This document shows, in pieces, positions 15,338 to 24,910 of a stretch of DNA of 41,981 bases. The translations under genes and the position numbers were made by a program. The notes beneath the pieces are model-generated. The model did no database searches. It was given only the letters and a program-made list of their open reading frames with translations, and was not told the origin of the DNA. The stretch's first letter is position 1; every line of letters starts with the position of its first letter. The stretch comes from a virus. The stretch lies in the IMG/VR virus record IMGVR_UViG_3300029127_000011; one strand, written 5' to 3'.

Positions 15338-16603
15338 TTACTTCTTGCCCTTTTTGTGGAGCTTGGCAAGTCTCTCCTTGATGGCGTTCTTACCTTCCTC
15401 GACTGGGTTCACGTTGTCGCCTGCGCCCTTGCCGCTTGGCTGTCGCTGTGCTGGCTGGTAGTGGCTGCTGTAGCCTGCCAACACCTTCTCAGCACCGCCT
15501 GCCATCTTCACGGCATTCAGGATGCGCATGTCTTCCTTGCTCTTTGCGAGTTTCTGTGCGCCTGCCAGCTGTGCCTTGGTGTCGTTCAACTGCTGTTTGA
15601 GTGCTGCTACCTGCTGCTTCAACTTGGCTACGGTTTCGTTGTCGGTGCTTGATGCGCTGCCGCCTTCACCGCCTTCATTGCCTTCACCGCCTTCATTGCC
15701 TGCGGTCTGAATGTCGGTAATTACACCGTCCTCGACAACAATTGTCTTGCCATCGGGCATCTCAAACGTTCCGTCAGGACTTGCCTTGTCGCCAACTTGT
15801 GGATCTCCCTCTTCACGCTCAACGGTCAGTGTCTGTCCGTCTGCTGTGTTGAGTTCCATCGCCTTTGGCTCTGCCTTGGCTTGTGGCTCTGCCAACGCCT
15901 GCTCTGCTTCCTCCAGTGTCTTCACGCCAAACTTAGCGAGAATCTTGTCGAGGAGAGAAGCCTTTACTTCTGTTTTCTTCTCCATTGCTTTTGGATTTTG
16001 TTGTTTTGAATTAATAAAATTTTCTATGTTGCGTTTTGATGCGCTTGCGCTGAGTGGTACAATGGTGCTGCTGATAAGACCTAGGCGCAAAGCCTCGCTG
16101 GTGTTGATGAAGATGTCCTTGTCCATCAGGGCTTGAATCTCTTCCCTATCGCACTCGCACCGCTCTACGTATGCGTCCACCATCATATCCTGCCACATCT
16201 GCAATTCCTCGCTCTGGTTTTTCAAGTCCTTTGCGTTCAGCTGGTCGCCTAAAAGAAAGCCAGGAACATATGGGTTGTGCAGGAGGAAGGCAGCGTTCTC
16301 GTATGCCTTGCGGTTCTCCTTTGGTGCTGCGAGCATGATGATTGTTGCCATGGATGCTGCCTTGCCCTCCACGGTGCAGGAAATCTTCTTGCCGCTCTGT
16401 CGCAGTCGGTCGTAGATTGCCCAGCCTTCAATCACAGAGCCGCCATTGCAGAAGATGCGCATATCGATTGAATCATCGTCTTTCGGTATGCTTGCCGCAA
16501 AAGCATCTATATCTTGAAAACATACGCAATCGCCTCCCCACCATTGATACCAGAACTTGTTGTCTTGGCTGTCGATGTCGTTGTATATTCTGAGTTTTGC
16601 CAT
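15338..16603 (-). CDS. ClpP-family prohead protease fused to a scaffold-like low-complexity C-terminus
   Basis: Contains GKAASMATIIMLA (Ser nucleophile context) and FLLHNP (His). The C-terminus is A/E/K/G-rich and coiled. Confidence 0.85.
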   Translation of the reverse strand: MAKLRIYNDIDSQDNKFWYQWWGGDCVCFQDIDAFAASIPKDDDSIDMRIFCNGGSVIEGWAIYDRLRQSGKKISCTVEGKAASMATIIMLAAPKENRKAYENAAFLLHNPYVPGFLLGDQLNAKDLKNQSEELQMWQDMMVDAYVERCECDREEIQALMDKDIFINTSEALRLGLISSTIVPLSASASKRNIENFINSKQQNPKAMEKKTEVKASLLDKILAKFGVKTLEEAEQALAEPQAKAEPKAMELNTADGQTLTVEREEGDPQVGDKASPDGTFEMPDGKTIVVEDGVITDIQTAGNEGGEGNEGGEGGSASSTDNETVAKLKQQVAALKQQLNDTKAQLAGAQKLAKSKEDMRILNAVKMAGGAEKVLAGYSSHYQPAQRQPSGKGAGDNVNPVEEGKNAIKERLAKLHKKGKK

Positions 16604-16634
16604 TGAATATTGATTTTTTAAGTTTTAAAACGCT

Positions 16635-16642
16635 GCAAAGAT
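16635..16642 (-). promoter_or_regulatory. -7 box TAtcTTTG upstream of the head operon
   Basis: The plus strand shows caaagata, 32 nt upstream of the protease start. Confidence 0.5.
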
Positions 16643-16693
16643 ACGATATTTTTCAATATGTTTATCTCGTAAGCAGTTAATTTTTCTAAACAA

Positions 16694-16780
16694 GCCGAAA
16701 TTTTGCGTTCTAAGCGGCTTTTATTGCCTTGGGTGTGTAACTTTACCACCTTTAAGCAAAAACCGCTCAGAACGCAAATC
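16694..16780. repeat. inverted pair of the GCGGCTnAGAACGCAAA(T)TTCGG box (16694-16718 and 16763-16780)
   Basis: gccgaaattttgcgttctaagcggc faces ccgctcagaacgcaaatc. Related copies lie at 1348-1372, 1301-1322 and 5246-5268. Confidence 0.75.
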
Positions 16781-16799
16781 TTAAAGAAATAACTACACT

Positions 16800-19700
16800 T
16801 TAAATCCTGCCGATATTCTCTATCGTCTGCACTCTCCGCTGGGTTCGGTTTATCTCCTCAACGCTCACTACTGGCTGAGGAGCCATCTGATACCCTCTTG
16901 CTACAGCTGCCGCCAGCATATCCATGCCGATATTGCTGCCTCCGTTATTTACTACGATAGGTACGCCACCGCCTAGCTGGTTGAATGCGGATAATATCGG
17001 ACTGAACATCGATGTCGCCTTGGCGGTCATTACGCTCTCGCCATTGGAGAGCCTTGCCGGGATGCTGTCGCTCGTTCCGGTGCCTGCTCCCTGCACATAT
17101 CCACCAGTGGAGAATCCCTTGACGAGTGCTTTTGCTCCTGAAAAGGCTGCTTTGATAAGTACCATCAACGCAGCTGCACTCGCAACACCTCCCCACGACT
17201 TGCTCGCAATCTCCTTGGCGAGGATCTGTGCATAGTAAGCGTTAACTGCTATTTCGATTGCGTCAAGTATTGATGTCAGCATCGATTTGAGGAATGAGTG
17301 CAGCGATTTATCCTCGCTCTCGAATAACTCGGACAGACCGTCTCCCATGGTCTGTATCATGTCGCTCATCATTTTCAGTTGCTCCTCCTGCAAAGCTGCC
17401 TTTTTCTTGTTGGCTTCCTCTTGCTCCTTGACTTCGGAATCGCTCAAATCCTTCTGCAGCTGCTCCTGCACGGCTGCATAGTCCTTGTAGGCGTCCATCT
17501 TGCTCTGAAGGAAAGCCTTGTATCTCTCCAGCTTGGCTGCATCGTCTTCCTCTCCAGTGCCACCGTTCATGATGTCCGCATCCTTGCGTGCCTTTTCCGC
17601 TTCCTCGAACTCCTTGTTGAGTTCGTCCACAATCTCCTTGGCTTGATTCTTCAAGTCCGCTTTCGCCTTAATCATTATGTCGAGAAGTTTTGCCTGCATT
17701 TCCTGCGCCTTTTCCGCTCCTATCTCACCAGCCGCCACGTATGCGTCAATGCTCCTCGCTACCATGTTCTTCTCCAGCTGTTCGAGGTCGTTGTCGTAGT
17801 CTCGGTCGTTGTCGTACATGCCTGCGAGGTATCGCTTCTTTGCGTCCATTACTTGCTCGTTGTACTGATACTGGATAAGCGCAATCGCTTCCTGCAATTC
17901 TTTTTCCTGCTTCTTTTTGCGCTCTGCCTCTGCCTTTGCTTCTGCTTCTTCCTTGGCTCTCTGTGCCTTGGTCTTGGCAGTGCTGCCCTTGGCTGCTGCT
18001 GGTGTCGTTCCCTTGTTTCCGCTCACTGGCTCGCTGCTGGTCGCTCCACCGTTCACGCTGGCTAGCTTTATGTGCTCGAGCCTTCCGTTCACGGTGTTCT
18101 CGAATCCGTCTGCGAATGAGTTTCCTATCTCGATACCAGCGTTCTTGATGTCGTGCCATGCTTCCTTGATTGTGCCGGATATATCGAATATCTCCTTGAA
18201 TCCCTTCTGTGCCTTGGATAGGTCGAAGGTCACGATACCTTCGAGAATATCAAGCATGCCCTTGGCTGCAAAGCCCATCCTCTTGAATGCGTCTATTCCA
18301 AGATTGCATACAAGCTTGATTGCGTTCCACATCAAGCGGAAACTTGTGCCGAGCGCATTGATGATACCTCGAAGGAGAAGGCTGTTATTATACCAATCGA
18401 TGAAGTAGTTTATCGCCTTCACCACTCCCTTGATAACTGCCGTAAGTGATTTCTTCGCAATCGTTGACAACTGAGCCTTCATCTTCTCGAATCCACCCCC
18501 GGTATAATCAAACAAAGAAGCCATTGCGTCCTGCAATTCCTTGGTTGCATTCAATTCGTCTTCTTGTGCCTTGGCAATATCCCCGGACTTTGCCTTCACT
18601 TTGTCCATATCAAGTTCGATATTTCCGAGCATCTCAATATAAGCAAGTCCGGCATCCTCTCCAGGACCACCGAAGATGTTTGCAATTGCGCTACCTACAG
18701 CGGCACTTGATTGTGGGAGTTCCTTTAGCTTATTAGCCACCTCTTGCATAACCTGAAATGTGGTCTTGCTTCCGTCCTGCAAGTCCTTCTGAACTTGCTT
18801 GGAAGAAATACCTATTCCGTCAAGTGCAGCAGCCGTAGCGGTTGTCATTTCTCGAAGTCGTAGATTTCCTTCCTTGATTGTATCAACACCCTTGTCGCTG
18901 AAGATGCCTTCCTTGGTCGCTTGCGTTGATATTGCCACCATTTCTTCTGCATTCAGTCCGGCTTCCTTGAAGTATCTCGGGTATTCTTTAATCGTGTCGA
19001 GAAACTCACCGTTAGCGTTTGCTCCGCTCACCAGTCCGTCTTGCATAATCTTCAAACTCTCAGAAACGGAAATGCCGAAAGCCTTGCTCACCGTATTGGC
19101 AGACTGCATCGTCTCCGTGAATTCCAAACCGAATGCATTGGATACCGCAAGAGCCTCGTTGCGCACGGATTTCATTTCGTCCCCGGTCAATCCGGTGAAC
19201 TGCTGCGTCAGTCGTGTGGCTTCCATCAATCCCTTGTTGTAGTCATACCACCATTTGAATGCCATTCCTGCGCCTGCCACACCTGCCATAGCGAGGAAAT
19301 AAGGGTTGGTCAATAAGGAAAGAGCCGTATTTTTCAACGCACCAAACTTTACCTTTAGGTCTTCCACGGACTTTCCCATTTCCATAACCTTTCCGATTCC
19401 AGTATCATCAACAACATCAAAACCGAAAAACTCGGTGTTCTGCAGGTCGTCAGCCGCCTTCATCATGGAATCATAATAGCTGCCGACACTGCGCTGGAAT
19501 CTTCCAGTAGCCTCCTCAGCCTCTTTCAGCTCCTCTATCAAGTCTTGGATATGCTCCTGCATCTCCTGACCCTTGGAACTATCACGCTCGGCACGGCTCA
19601 TCTCATCGTAAGCCTTGGTGGCATTGGAAAGCTGGGCACGCAGCTGTTTCAAGCTGCCCTCCTGCTCGTTCTCTGTGCGCACGTTGTTCTGTATCTCCTT

Positions 19701-19928
19701 TTGCAGCGTGCGAACGTTGTAACGGTATTCCTTGATGGTTGCGTTGATGGCTTCCGTCTGCACCTTCATTTCGTTGGTCGTGATGGTCTTGTCTTTTTCC
19801 TGCTGCTGCAAGTCCTTGATGGATTGCTTTAGCTGGTCTATCTTCTCCTTGTATCTGATGATGCCATAGATTGCATCCTCGTACTTGACCTTGATGTCAA
19901 GAATCTGCTGTTTATCTTCACTTACCAT
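16800..19928 (-). CDS. tail tape measure protein (1042 aa)
   Basis: Long coiled-coil N-terminus and middle. The core FGLEFTETMQSANTVSKAFGISVSESLKIMQDGLVSGANANGEFLDTIKEY is typical of the TP901-type TMP core. The C-terminus is Gly-rich. Confidence 0.85.
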   Translation of the reverse strand: MVSEDKQQILDIKVKYEDAIYGIIRYKEKIDQLKQSIKDLQQQEKDKTITTNEMKVQTEAINATIKEYRYNVRTLQKEIQNNVRTENEQEGSLKQLRAQLSNATKAYDEMSRAERDSSKGQEMQEHIQDLIEELKEAEEATGRFQRSVGSYYDSMMKAADDLQNTEFFGFDVVDDTGIGKVMEMGKSVEDLKVKFGALKNTALSLLTNPYFLAMAGVAGAGMAFKWWYDYNKGLMEATRLTQQFTGLTGDEMKSVRNEALAVSNAFGLEFTETMQSANTVSKAFGISVSESLKIMQDGLVSGANANGEFLDTIKEYPRYFKEAGLNAEEMVAISTQATKEGIFSDKGVDTIKEGNLRLREMTTATAAALDGIGISSKQVQKDLQDGSKTTFQVMQEVANKLKELPQSSAAVGSAIANIFGGPGEDAGLAYIEMLGNIELDMDKVKAKSGDIAKAQEDELNATKELQDAMASLFDYTGGGFEKMKAQLSTIAKKSLTAVIKGVVKAINYFIDWYNNSLLLRGIINALGTSFRLMWNAIKLVCNLGIDAFKRMGFAAKGMLDILEGIVTFDLSKAQKGFKEIFDISGTIKEAWHDIKNAGIEIGNSFADGFENTVNGRLEHIKLASVNGGATSSEPVSGNKGTTPAAAKGSTAKTKAQRAKEEAEAKAEAERKKKQEKELQEAIALIQYQYNEQVMDAKKRYLAGMYDNDRDYDNDLEQLEKNMVARSIDAYVAAGEIGAEKAQEMQAKLLDIMIKAKADLKNQAKEIVDELNKEFEEAEKARKDADIMNGGTGEEDDAAKLERYKAFLQSKMDAYKDYAAVQEQLQKDLSDSEVKEQEEANKKKAALQEEQLKMMSDMIQTMGDGLSELFESEDKSLHSFLKSMLTSILDAIEIAVNAYYAQILAKEIASKSWGGVASAAALMVLIKAAFSGAKALVKGFSTGGYVQGAGTGTSDSIPARLSNGESVMTAKATSMFSPILSAFNQLGGGVPIVVNNGGSNIGMDMLAAAVARGYQMAPQPVVSVEEINRTQRRVQTIENIGRI

Positions 19929-19940
19929 AGTTCTTTCTTT

Positions 19941-22283
19941 TTAATTGTTCAACTCTATCATTGTAACCTCGCAATATCCGCTGTTTGTTGTCTTGATTTC
20001 CAGAACCGCAAAATACGCTCCGTACTGGGCAAGGTACACTGGCTTCGTTTCGTCAAAATCTAGTATATCCAAGTCCGACAGATTGAGCCGTTCCGTGATT
20101 ACGTGCGCCCTGGCGATACTTGCTGCAAGCTGCTTGTACTTCGTATCGAATATGTTCTGAAGGTCAATATCAAATCGAAGTGCAGCTTGCTCCTTATCAT
20201 CTCTTAGCGTCATTATCCGCTCCTTGCATCCCTTATACTCTCCACCATTCTTCATGCCGAAAGAATCAAGTGTTCTTATCGGTATGCGGTTGTCATCGCT
20301 GGCTGCAAAAGGTAGCGTCCACGTGTCCTGCTCATAGCCCAAAGTCTGGTTGCTGATTACGAGGTCTGCATCATAGTCCCCGGTTGTCTCTTCGTCTTCC
20401 TTCCACTTGTAGCGGTTGTGTTGCATAAAGTCTGAAACGGAATACTCGCTTTTCCGTGGTGCACCTTGGCGGTCATACGGAATGAGTTTTCCGCTCCAGT
20501 CGTAGGCGTTCGCCTTGTTTGCCCAAACTCTGGTAAACATGATAAACTGCACTTGCGTGCTGTTGGTCAGTTGCCTAGGGAACGAGCCAGTTATCAAAGC
20601 TAGAAACTTAATGAAGTTTGTTACCTCGATTTCAGGTAGATTTATGCCGATAGGGAAACTTCCCCCAATCGGCACGCTATCTCCAATCTTGACTCTCGCT
20701 GTGATTTTGCCGCTGTAAACGGATGGTGGGTTAGTTTCGCCCGCATCCGGTCCGTGCATGATAGTCTCAAACGTCAGTACATCGTCCTTCTTTAGCGATA
20801 TTGTGTTCGTTCCTGCCGAAAGTAAATAAAGATAGCCATCGATAGCATATCTGCGTAGTACGACCGGTAACTTCATCTGCCCATCCTCGTATTTCAAATC
20901 TCCGAACTCGTATTCCTGCGTGGATGCCTCACCTCCAGTAGTGCTTGGCGTTGTCACGGTCATTTTCACGCCCATAGGCACCTGAATCTCCGCTGCGTCT
21001 TCAAACTGATGTCTGACGTAGTATTGCACTTGCACATCAAAGGTCAGTTCGCAATCCTTCGTTATCGTCAGTTTCTGTACATCGCTGCCAGTGCTTGGCG
21101 TGACTGATGTCAATGAGTTGTTGACGGAAAAGGAAAGCGCACCTAGTCCGTCCCGGCTCTTAACGTCTGCGGTCAGATTACCGATAATTGTCTTGTCGTC
21201 TGCCTTGTTGTTGATGATAGGCACAACAAGGTTGTTCAACATTTTCTTTGCTTCATCATCCTGCCAAACGAAAGATACGCCCGACTTCCTCGCTATCCTT
21301 GACAATAGCCAGTTTACGGTCACACATGGCTGCAAGAATTTTGGGGACGTTTTATATTCATCCACCGCCACATCATCTCCTACGAAATCCTCCTTATTAT
21401 CGCCATCTATCATTTCGTGCATAGGTGTCAGCCCGGTAACTGATAGCGACAGAGTGCTGTAATATTCGGCAGGTGCATTCACTACGAGGTATGCAGCTCT
21501 AGCCTCTCCTCTGATGGTGTATACTTCCAGCGTCTCATCTTCTCCGCTCACGGATAGAACTCGCATGTACTTATCCAGTACCGCATAGCTTCTGTAATCG
21601 CCCTTTCCTTGCGCTTGCACCTTTGCCGTTGATGATGGCAAGAAGGGGATGAGAGCACAAATCGTGTCCGGTTCGTTCTCTATATTTCCACTGATGTACT
21701 TTCCTACCTCTGTGCCAGTTCTGATGCGTCCACGGCTAGGCAGGTATTGTGTCGTGGTATACTTATTCCTCTGCACCAGATTAATACCAAAGTTATCTTT
21801 GCTCTCAATTCGGTATGGATTGTAATAAGCAAAGAATATCCCCTTGCTCACGGCTTCCTCCCTTGTGTTCGGTGTGTTGTACTTTTCAAAAAGCACTCTG
21901 TCTGTCACTCCCAGTTCGTTCAGTTTCATTCCGCTCTCCAGTAGCTTCGTGAACGCTGGCATTATGCCCCAATAAATCGAGACCTCGATGCTTTCCTCAA
22001 TGCTCAGTACGTTCAACCGTCCGTCCTTGATAATTTGCACACCTCCACGGAAATAACTGCACTGGTGGAAAATAAAAGGGTATCTGCTGCCACTCTTCGG
22101 TCTGTCCGCTTGCTGCAAAACTGAAAGGTTGTGCACCGTCCGTGGTAGCTGGATGGTGTACGTGTAGTTCGAGGTCATTTTCGTGACGTCACGAAAAAGG
22201 TTGCTCTTAATGTCGAGCACCACATCGGTGCTCTCCGGCAAATCCATCAAAACACCGTCTATATAAAGTTGCTGGTCTGTCAT
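19941..22283 (-). CDS. large tail/baseplate structural protein (780 aa)
   Basis: ATGA-coupled to the upstream gene. The N-terminus LYIDGVLMDLPESTDVVLDIKSNLF...YTIQLPRT is tail-tip-like. Confidence 0.6.
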   Translation of the reverse strand: MTDQQLYIDGVLMDLPESTDVVLDIKSNLFRDVTKMTSNYTYTIQLPRTVHNLSVLQQADRPKSGSRYPFIFHQCSYFRGGVQIIKDGRLNVLSIEESIEVSIYWGIMPAFTKLLESGMKLNELGVTDRVLFEKYNTPNTREEAVSKGIFFAYYNPYRIESKDNFGINLVQRNKYTTTQYLPSRGRIRTGTEVGKYISGNIENEPDTICALIPFLPSSTAKVQAQGKGDYRSYAVLDKYMRVLSVSGEDETLEVYTIRGEARAAYLVVNAPAEYYSTLSLSVTGLTPMHEMIDGDNKEDFVGDDVAVDEYKTSPKFLQPCVTVNWLLSRIARKSGVSFVWQDDEAKKMLNNLVVPIINNKADDKTIIGNLTADVKSRDGLGALSFSVNNSLTSVTPSTGSDVQKLTITKDCELTFDVQVQYYVRHQFEDAAEIQVPMGVKMTVTTPSTTGGEASTQEYEFGDLKYEDGQMKLPVVLRRYAIDGYLYLLSAGTNTISLKKDDVLTFETIMHGPDAGETNPPSVYSGKITARVKIGDSVPIGGSFPIGINLPEIEVTNFIKFLALITGSFPRQLTNSTQVQFIMFTRVWANKANAYDWSGKLIPYDRQGAPRKSEYSVSDFMQHNRYKWKEDEETTGDYDADLVISNQTLGYEQDTWTLPFAASDDNRIPIRTLDSFGMKNGGEYKGCKERIMTLRDDKEQAALRFDIDLQNIFDTKYKQLAASIARAHVITERLNLSDLDILDFDETKPVYLAQYGAYFAVLEIKTTNSGYCEVTMIELNN

Positions 22284-23383
22284 AATCTCTGAACGTTAAT
22301 GTTATTTATTATCATTTCGCACACGAAATCCTGCAAGCAAGCTGTGCTCTTCGTGTAGCTTCCTGCCTTGATTGTTACGCTCGTCCACTGGTCTTCCTCG
22401 CTCATCCAGTCTCCCCCGAGGTACATGTCAACGACTGGGCTGCTGGCTAGGTCTTGCAGCATATCGAACGTATCACTGTCAACCAACGGGGCACAAAGTT
22501 TGATTGAATCCGTGCGCTCGTATCCCTGCCTTCTTCCGCTGTCGCCAACGTAGCCGTATATGTCGCTGTATCCGCTTAGATTGTTGCGTATGAAACTCAG
22601 GTCGCTGGCAATCTCTCTCGTTTCCTCACCAGACGCAAAGAGCCAATAGCGAATGAATCCGTGTCGGTCAATCCAACGCAGATAGATGCCGCTCTCGGTA
22701 TCGTCTCTGTCGATGCGCAGCAATAGTGACTGCTTGCCACCGGCAGATAGGCAGAAAGTAAGGTCGAAAGTATTGTCAAACGTTCCCTGCTGAATCTCTC
22801 CATCGTAGTCGTAGATGTTCCAGTACCTGGCACCGCTTGGTAAGATGGCTGCATTGAAGTCTATCATGTCGGTGGTCGGAATCTCAAGCAGCTTGTTGGG
22901 TGCTCCCTCGTAACCTATAAGCAGTTTGGTGTCCGCCTTACTTAAATACATACCAAAAGAGAACGGATAGTTGGTGAACCACGTAAGGCGTTTGTAGCCG
23001 TTCCAGGTCTCCCCGAACCTTGGCGCACCCCATACTACGTTCGTAGTGAATTCGATGCTCGCAAGCTGTCCGTCTCTGTAATCGTATGCGTTAACCTCAA
23101 CTCTTATGTACTGGGATAAGTTATTGAGGTCATAGTTTATCGTCCAGTCTACGCCTGCATTGATGTGTCCATCGAAAAAGGCTTGTACGTATGCCCTGAA
23201 GTCTGTAATGCACTTTCCGTTGAACGCCTCCACATTGTAGGCTCGTTCCGTTTTGCCACATCTGATTATTACCTCAATCCACGATAGGTTGCTTCCAATC
23301 GCTCTGATGATGCAAGGCAAGAATGCGAAGCACACTTCATCGGGGTAGAAAAAAATATATCCGTTGTTCACTGTCTGTCTCAT
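22280..23383 (-). CDS. virion structural protein (367 aa)
   Basis: ORF translationally coupled (ATGA) to the 780-aa gene. Confidence 0.6.
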   Translation of the reverse strand: MRQTVNNGYIFFYPDEVCFAFLPCIIRAIGSNLSWIEVIIRCGKTERAYNVEAFNGKCITDFRAYVQAFFDGHINAGVDWTINYDLNNLSQYIRVEVNAYDYRDGQLASIEFTTNVVWGAPRFGETWNGYKRLTWFTNYPFSFGMYLSKADTKLLIGYEGAPNKLLEIPTTDMIDFNAAILPSGARYWNIYDYDGEIQQGTFDNTFDLTFCLSAGGKQSLLLRIDRDDTESGIYLRWIDRHGFIRYWLFASGEETREIASDLSFIRNNLSGYSDIYGYVGDSGRRQGYERTDSIKLCAPLVDSDTFDMLQDLASSPVVDMYLGGDWMSEEDQWTSVTIKAGSYTKSTACLQDFVCEMIINNINVQRL

Positions 23384-23388
23384 ACCGT

Positions 23389-23922
23389 CTAATTGTTTAG
23401 TTTGATACTTCCCACCGAAAGATGGATTAATGAAATAAGTCGCTGTCCGAGCCGCTTCATCGTGTCGGGCACGACGTTGCTGTATACGTCAGCCCTGCCG
23501 CCAGTCCGGTGCAGTTTAGAACCCTTGTTGGCGATGGTGTGGGCGATGGCTCCTGCCATGCTCATGTCGCCACGCTCTTGTGGTGTATACTTGTGCTGTC
23601 GCTGGGTCTTATAGGGGATAGGTCTGCCGTGCAGTCCCTTGTCCTTCATCCACTGCCTGATGATGCCACGGAAACTGTATGGTATCTTTCCTGCCCTTCG
23701 TCCGGTCTCAAGCACCCCGAATGGCTTGTGTCCCCAGAGGATGGTTTCGTCCTCGCTGGGCTGCTCCACCTTTAGGCTCGCTATAGTGCGCCCCGATGCG
23801 TTCTGTCCGTTGATACGTATGTGGTTGATGATAAGCTGCCGTGCTCTCCACACTTCCTCACGCATGATGAGCGATGCCGCCTTGGGGTCGAATTGAATAC
23901 CTCCCTTGCTCATACCTCGCAC
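23389..23922 (-). CDS. virion morphogenesis protein (177 aa)
   Basis: ORF in the structural operon. Confidence 0.6.
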   Translation of the reverse strand: MRGMSKGGIQFDPKAASLIMREEVWRARQLIINHIRINGQNASGRTIASLKVEQPSEDETILWGHKPFGVLETGRRAGKIPYSFRGIIRQWMKDKGLHGRPIPYKTQRQHKYTPQERGDMSMAGAIAHTIANKGSKLHRTGGRADVYSNVVPDTMKRLGQRLISLIHLSVGSIKLNN

Positions 23923-24341
23923 CCTCCTATGCTCTGTGTCAGCTGAAGGGAGTACATTACGCCAGACACGATCGTGCTCAGTCGCTCGATGATGGTCTCG
24001 TAGTACTGCTGCCCCTCCAATGGTTCAAACTGGTGCGACTGGTTGATGGCTCGTATCATCCTTGCCCCTGCCACCTTCATTCGGTCGATGCACTCTCCGT
24101 TGTCTTCTCCTTCCGCTGCCCTCGGTACGGTGTCGAGATAAGCCAGGGCAACGTTCACGGTGTCGTATACCCTGCCGTTGCGTATCTCTGTCGTGCCGCT
24201 GGCTGGGATGATGCAGACGATTGCCGGATAGCTCAGTTTCTCCAGCTTGGTGTCTGCTGTGTCCCAGTCCTCGAATAGGTAGGTGTAGTCTGGTAGCGTG
24301 TCTGCTGCCAGCTGCTTTAATGTTTCCCTTATTGTTGCCAT
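23910..24341 (-). CDS. virion morphogenesis protein (143 aa)
   Basis: ORF in the structural operon. Confidence 0.6.
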   Translation of the reverse strand: MATIRETLKQLAADTLPDYTYLFEDWDTADTKLEKLSYPAIVCIIPASGTTEIRNGRVYDTVNVALAYLDTVPRAAEGEDNGECIDRMKVAGARMIRAINQSHQFEPLEGQQYYETIIERLSTIVSGVMYSLQLTQSIGGCEV

Positions 24342-24343
24342 AA

Positions 24344-24892
24344 TTATCTAGATTTACGTTTCATTTCTTCCGCTTGCAACTTCTGCAGGTTTCGCTCGTA
24401 CACGCTTCTCTTGTTGTCCATTTCCATGCACTTGTAGATGCGAAGCCATGGTGTCTTCAATACTTGGTCGTGGTCGCTGATGCCCATCCTTACCGCATAC
24501 CAGTCCAGCATGCCGAACAGCCCGAACCGAAGGGTATCGATGCCTGCCTCCTTCTCCAGTCTCGTTGGCTTCGCTGTGTCTGTGCTCTCGAAGAGCTTGT
24601 TGATGCGCTCGACCTCTGCTGTTACCCAGCCTATGAGCATAACGACATCAACCGCCCTAGCCTGCTCCACTTCCTTGTGGCTCAGACCGAGGACGGTTGT
24701 CACTATCTGATACAGACTTTCCTCGCTGTCTGATAGCTGGGAAAGGTCAATTAGCTGCCCGATGGATAGCTGGTTGAGATTGTCGGGCACTTGTTTCCCT
24801 CCGACAAACGCTGGTCGTGGCTGCTTGCCGATTTTGTAGCTGGTGTGCCTAGCAACTGCCAGCCAGTACTTGAATGTAGTGTTATTATCCAT
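24344..24892 (-). CDS. hypothetical protein (182 aa) downstream of terL
   Basis: ORF in the structural operon. Confidence 0.65.
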   Translation of the reverse strand: MDNNTTFKYWLAVARHTSYKIGKQPRPAFVGGKQVPDNLNQLSIGQLIDLSQLSDSEESLYQIVTTVLGLSHKEVEQARAVDVVMLIGWVTAEVERINKLFESTDTAKPTRLEKEAGIDTLRFGLFGMLDWYAVRMGISDHDQVLKTPWLRIYKCMEMDNKRSVYERNLQKLQAEEMKRKSR

Positions 24893-24910
24893 ACGCTTTA
24901 TATTTTTTCA

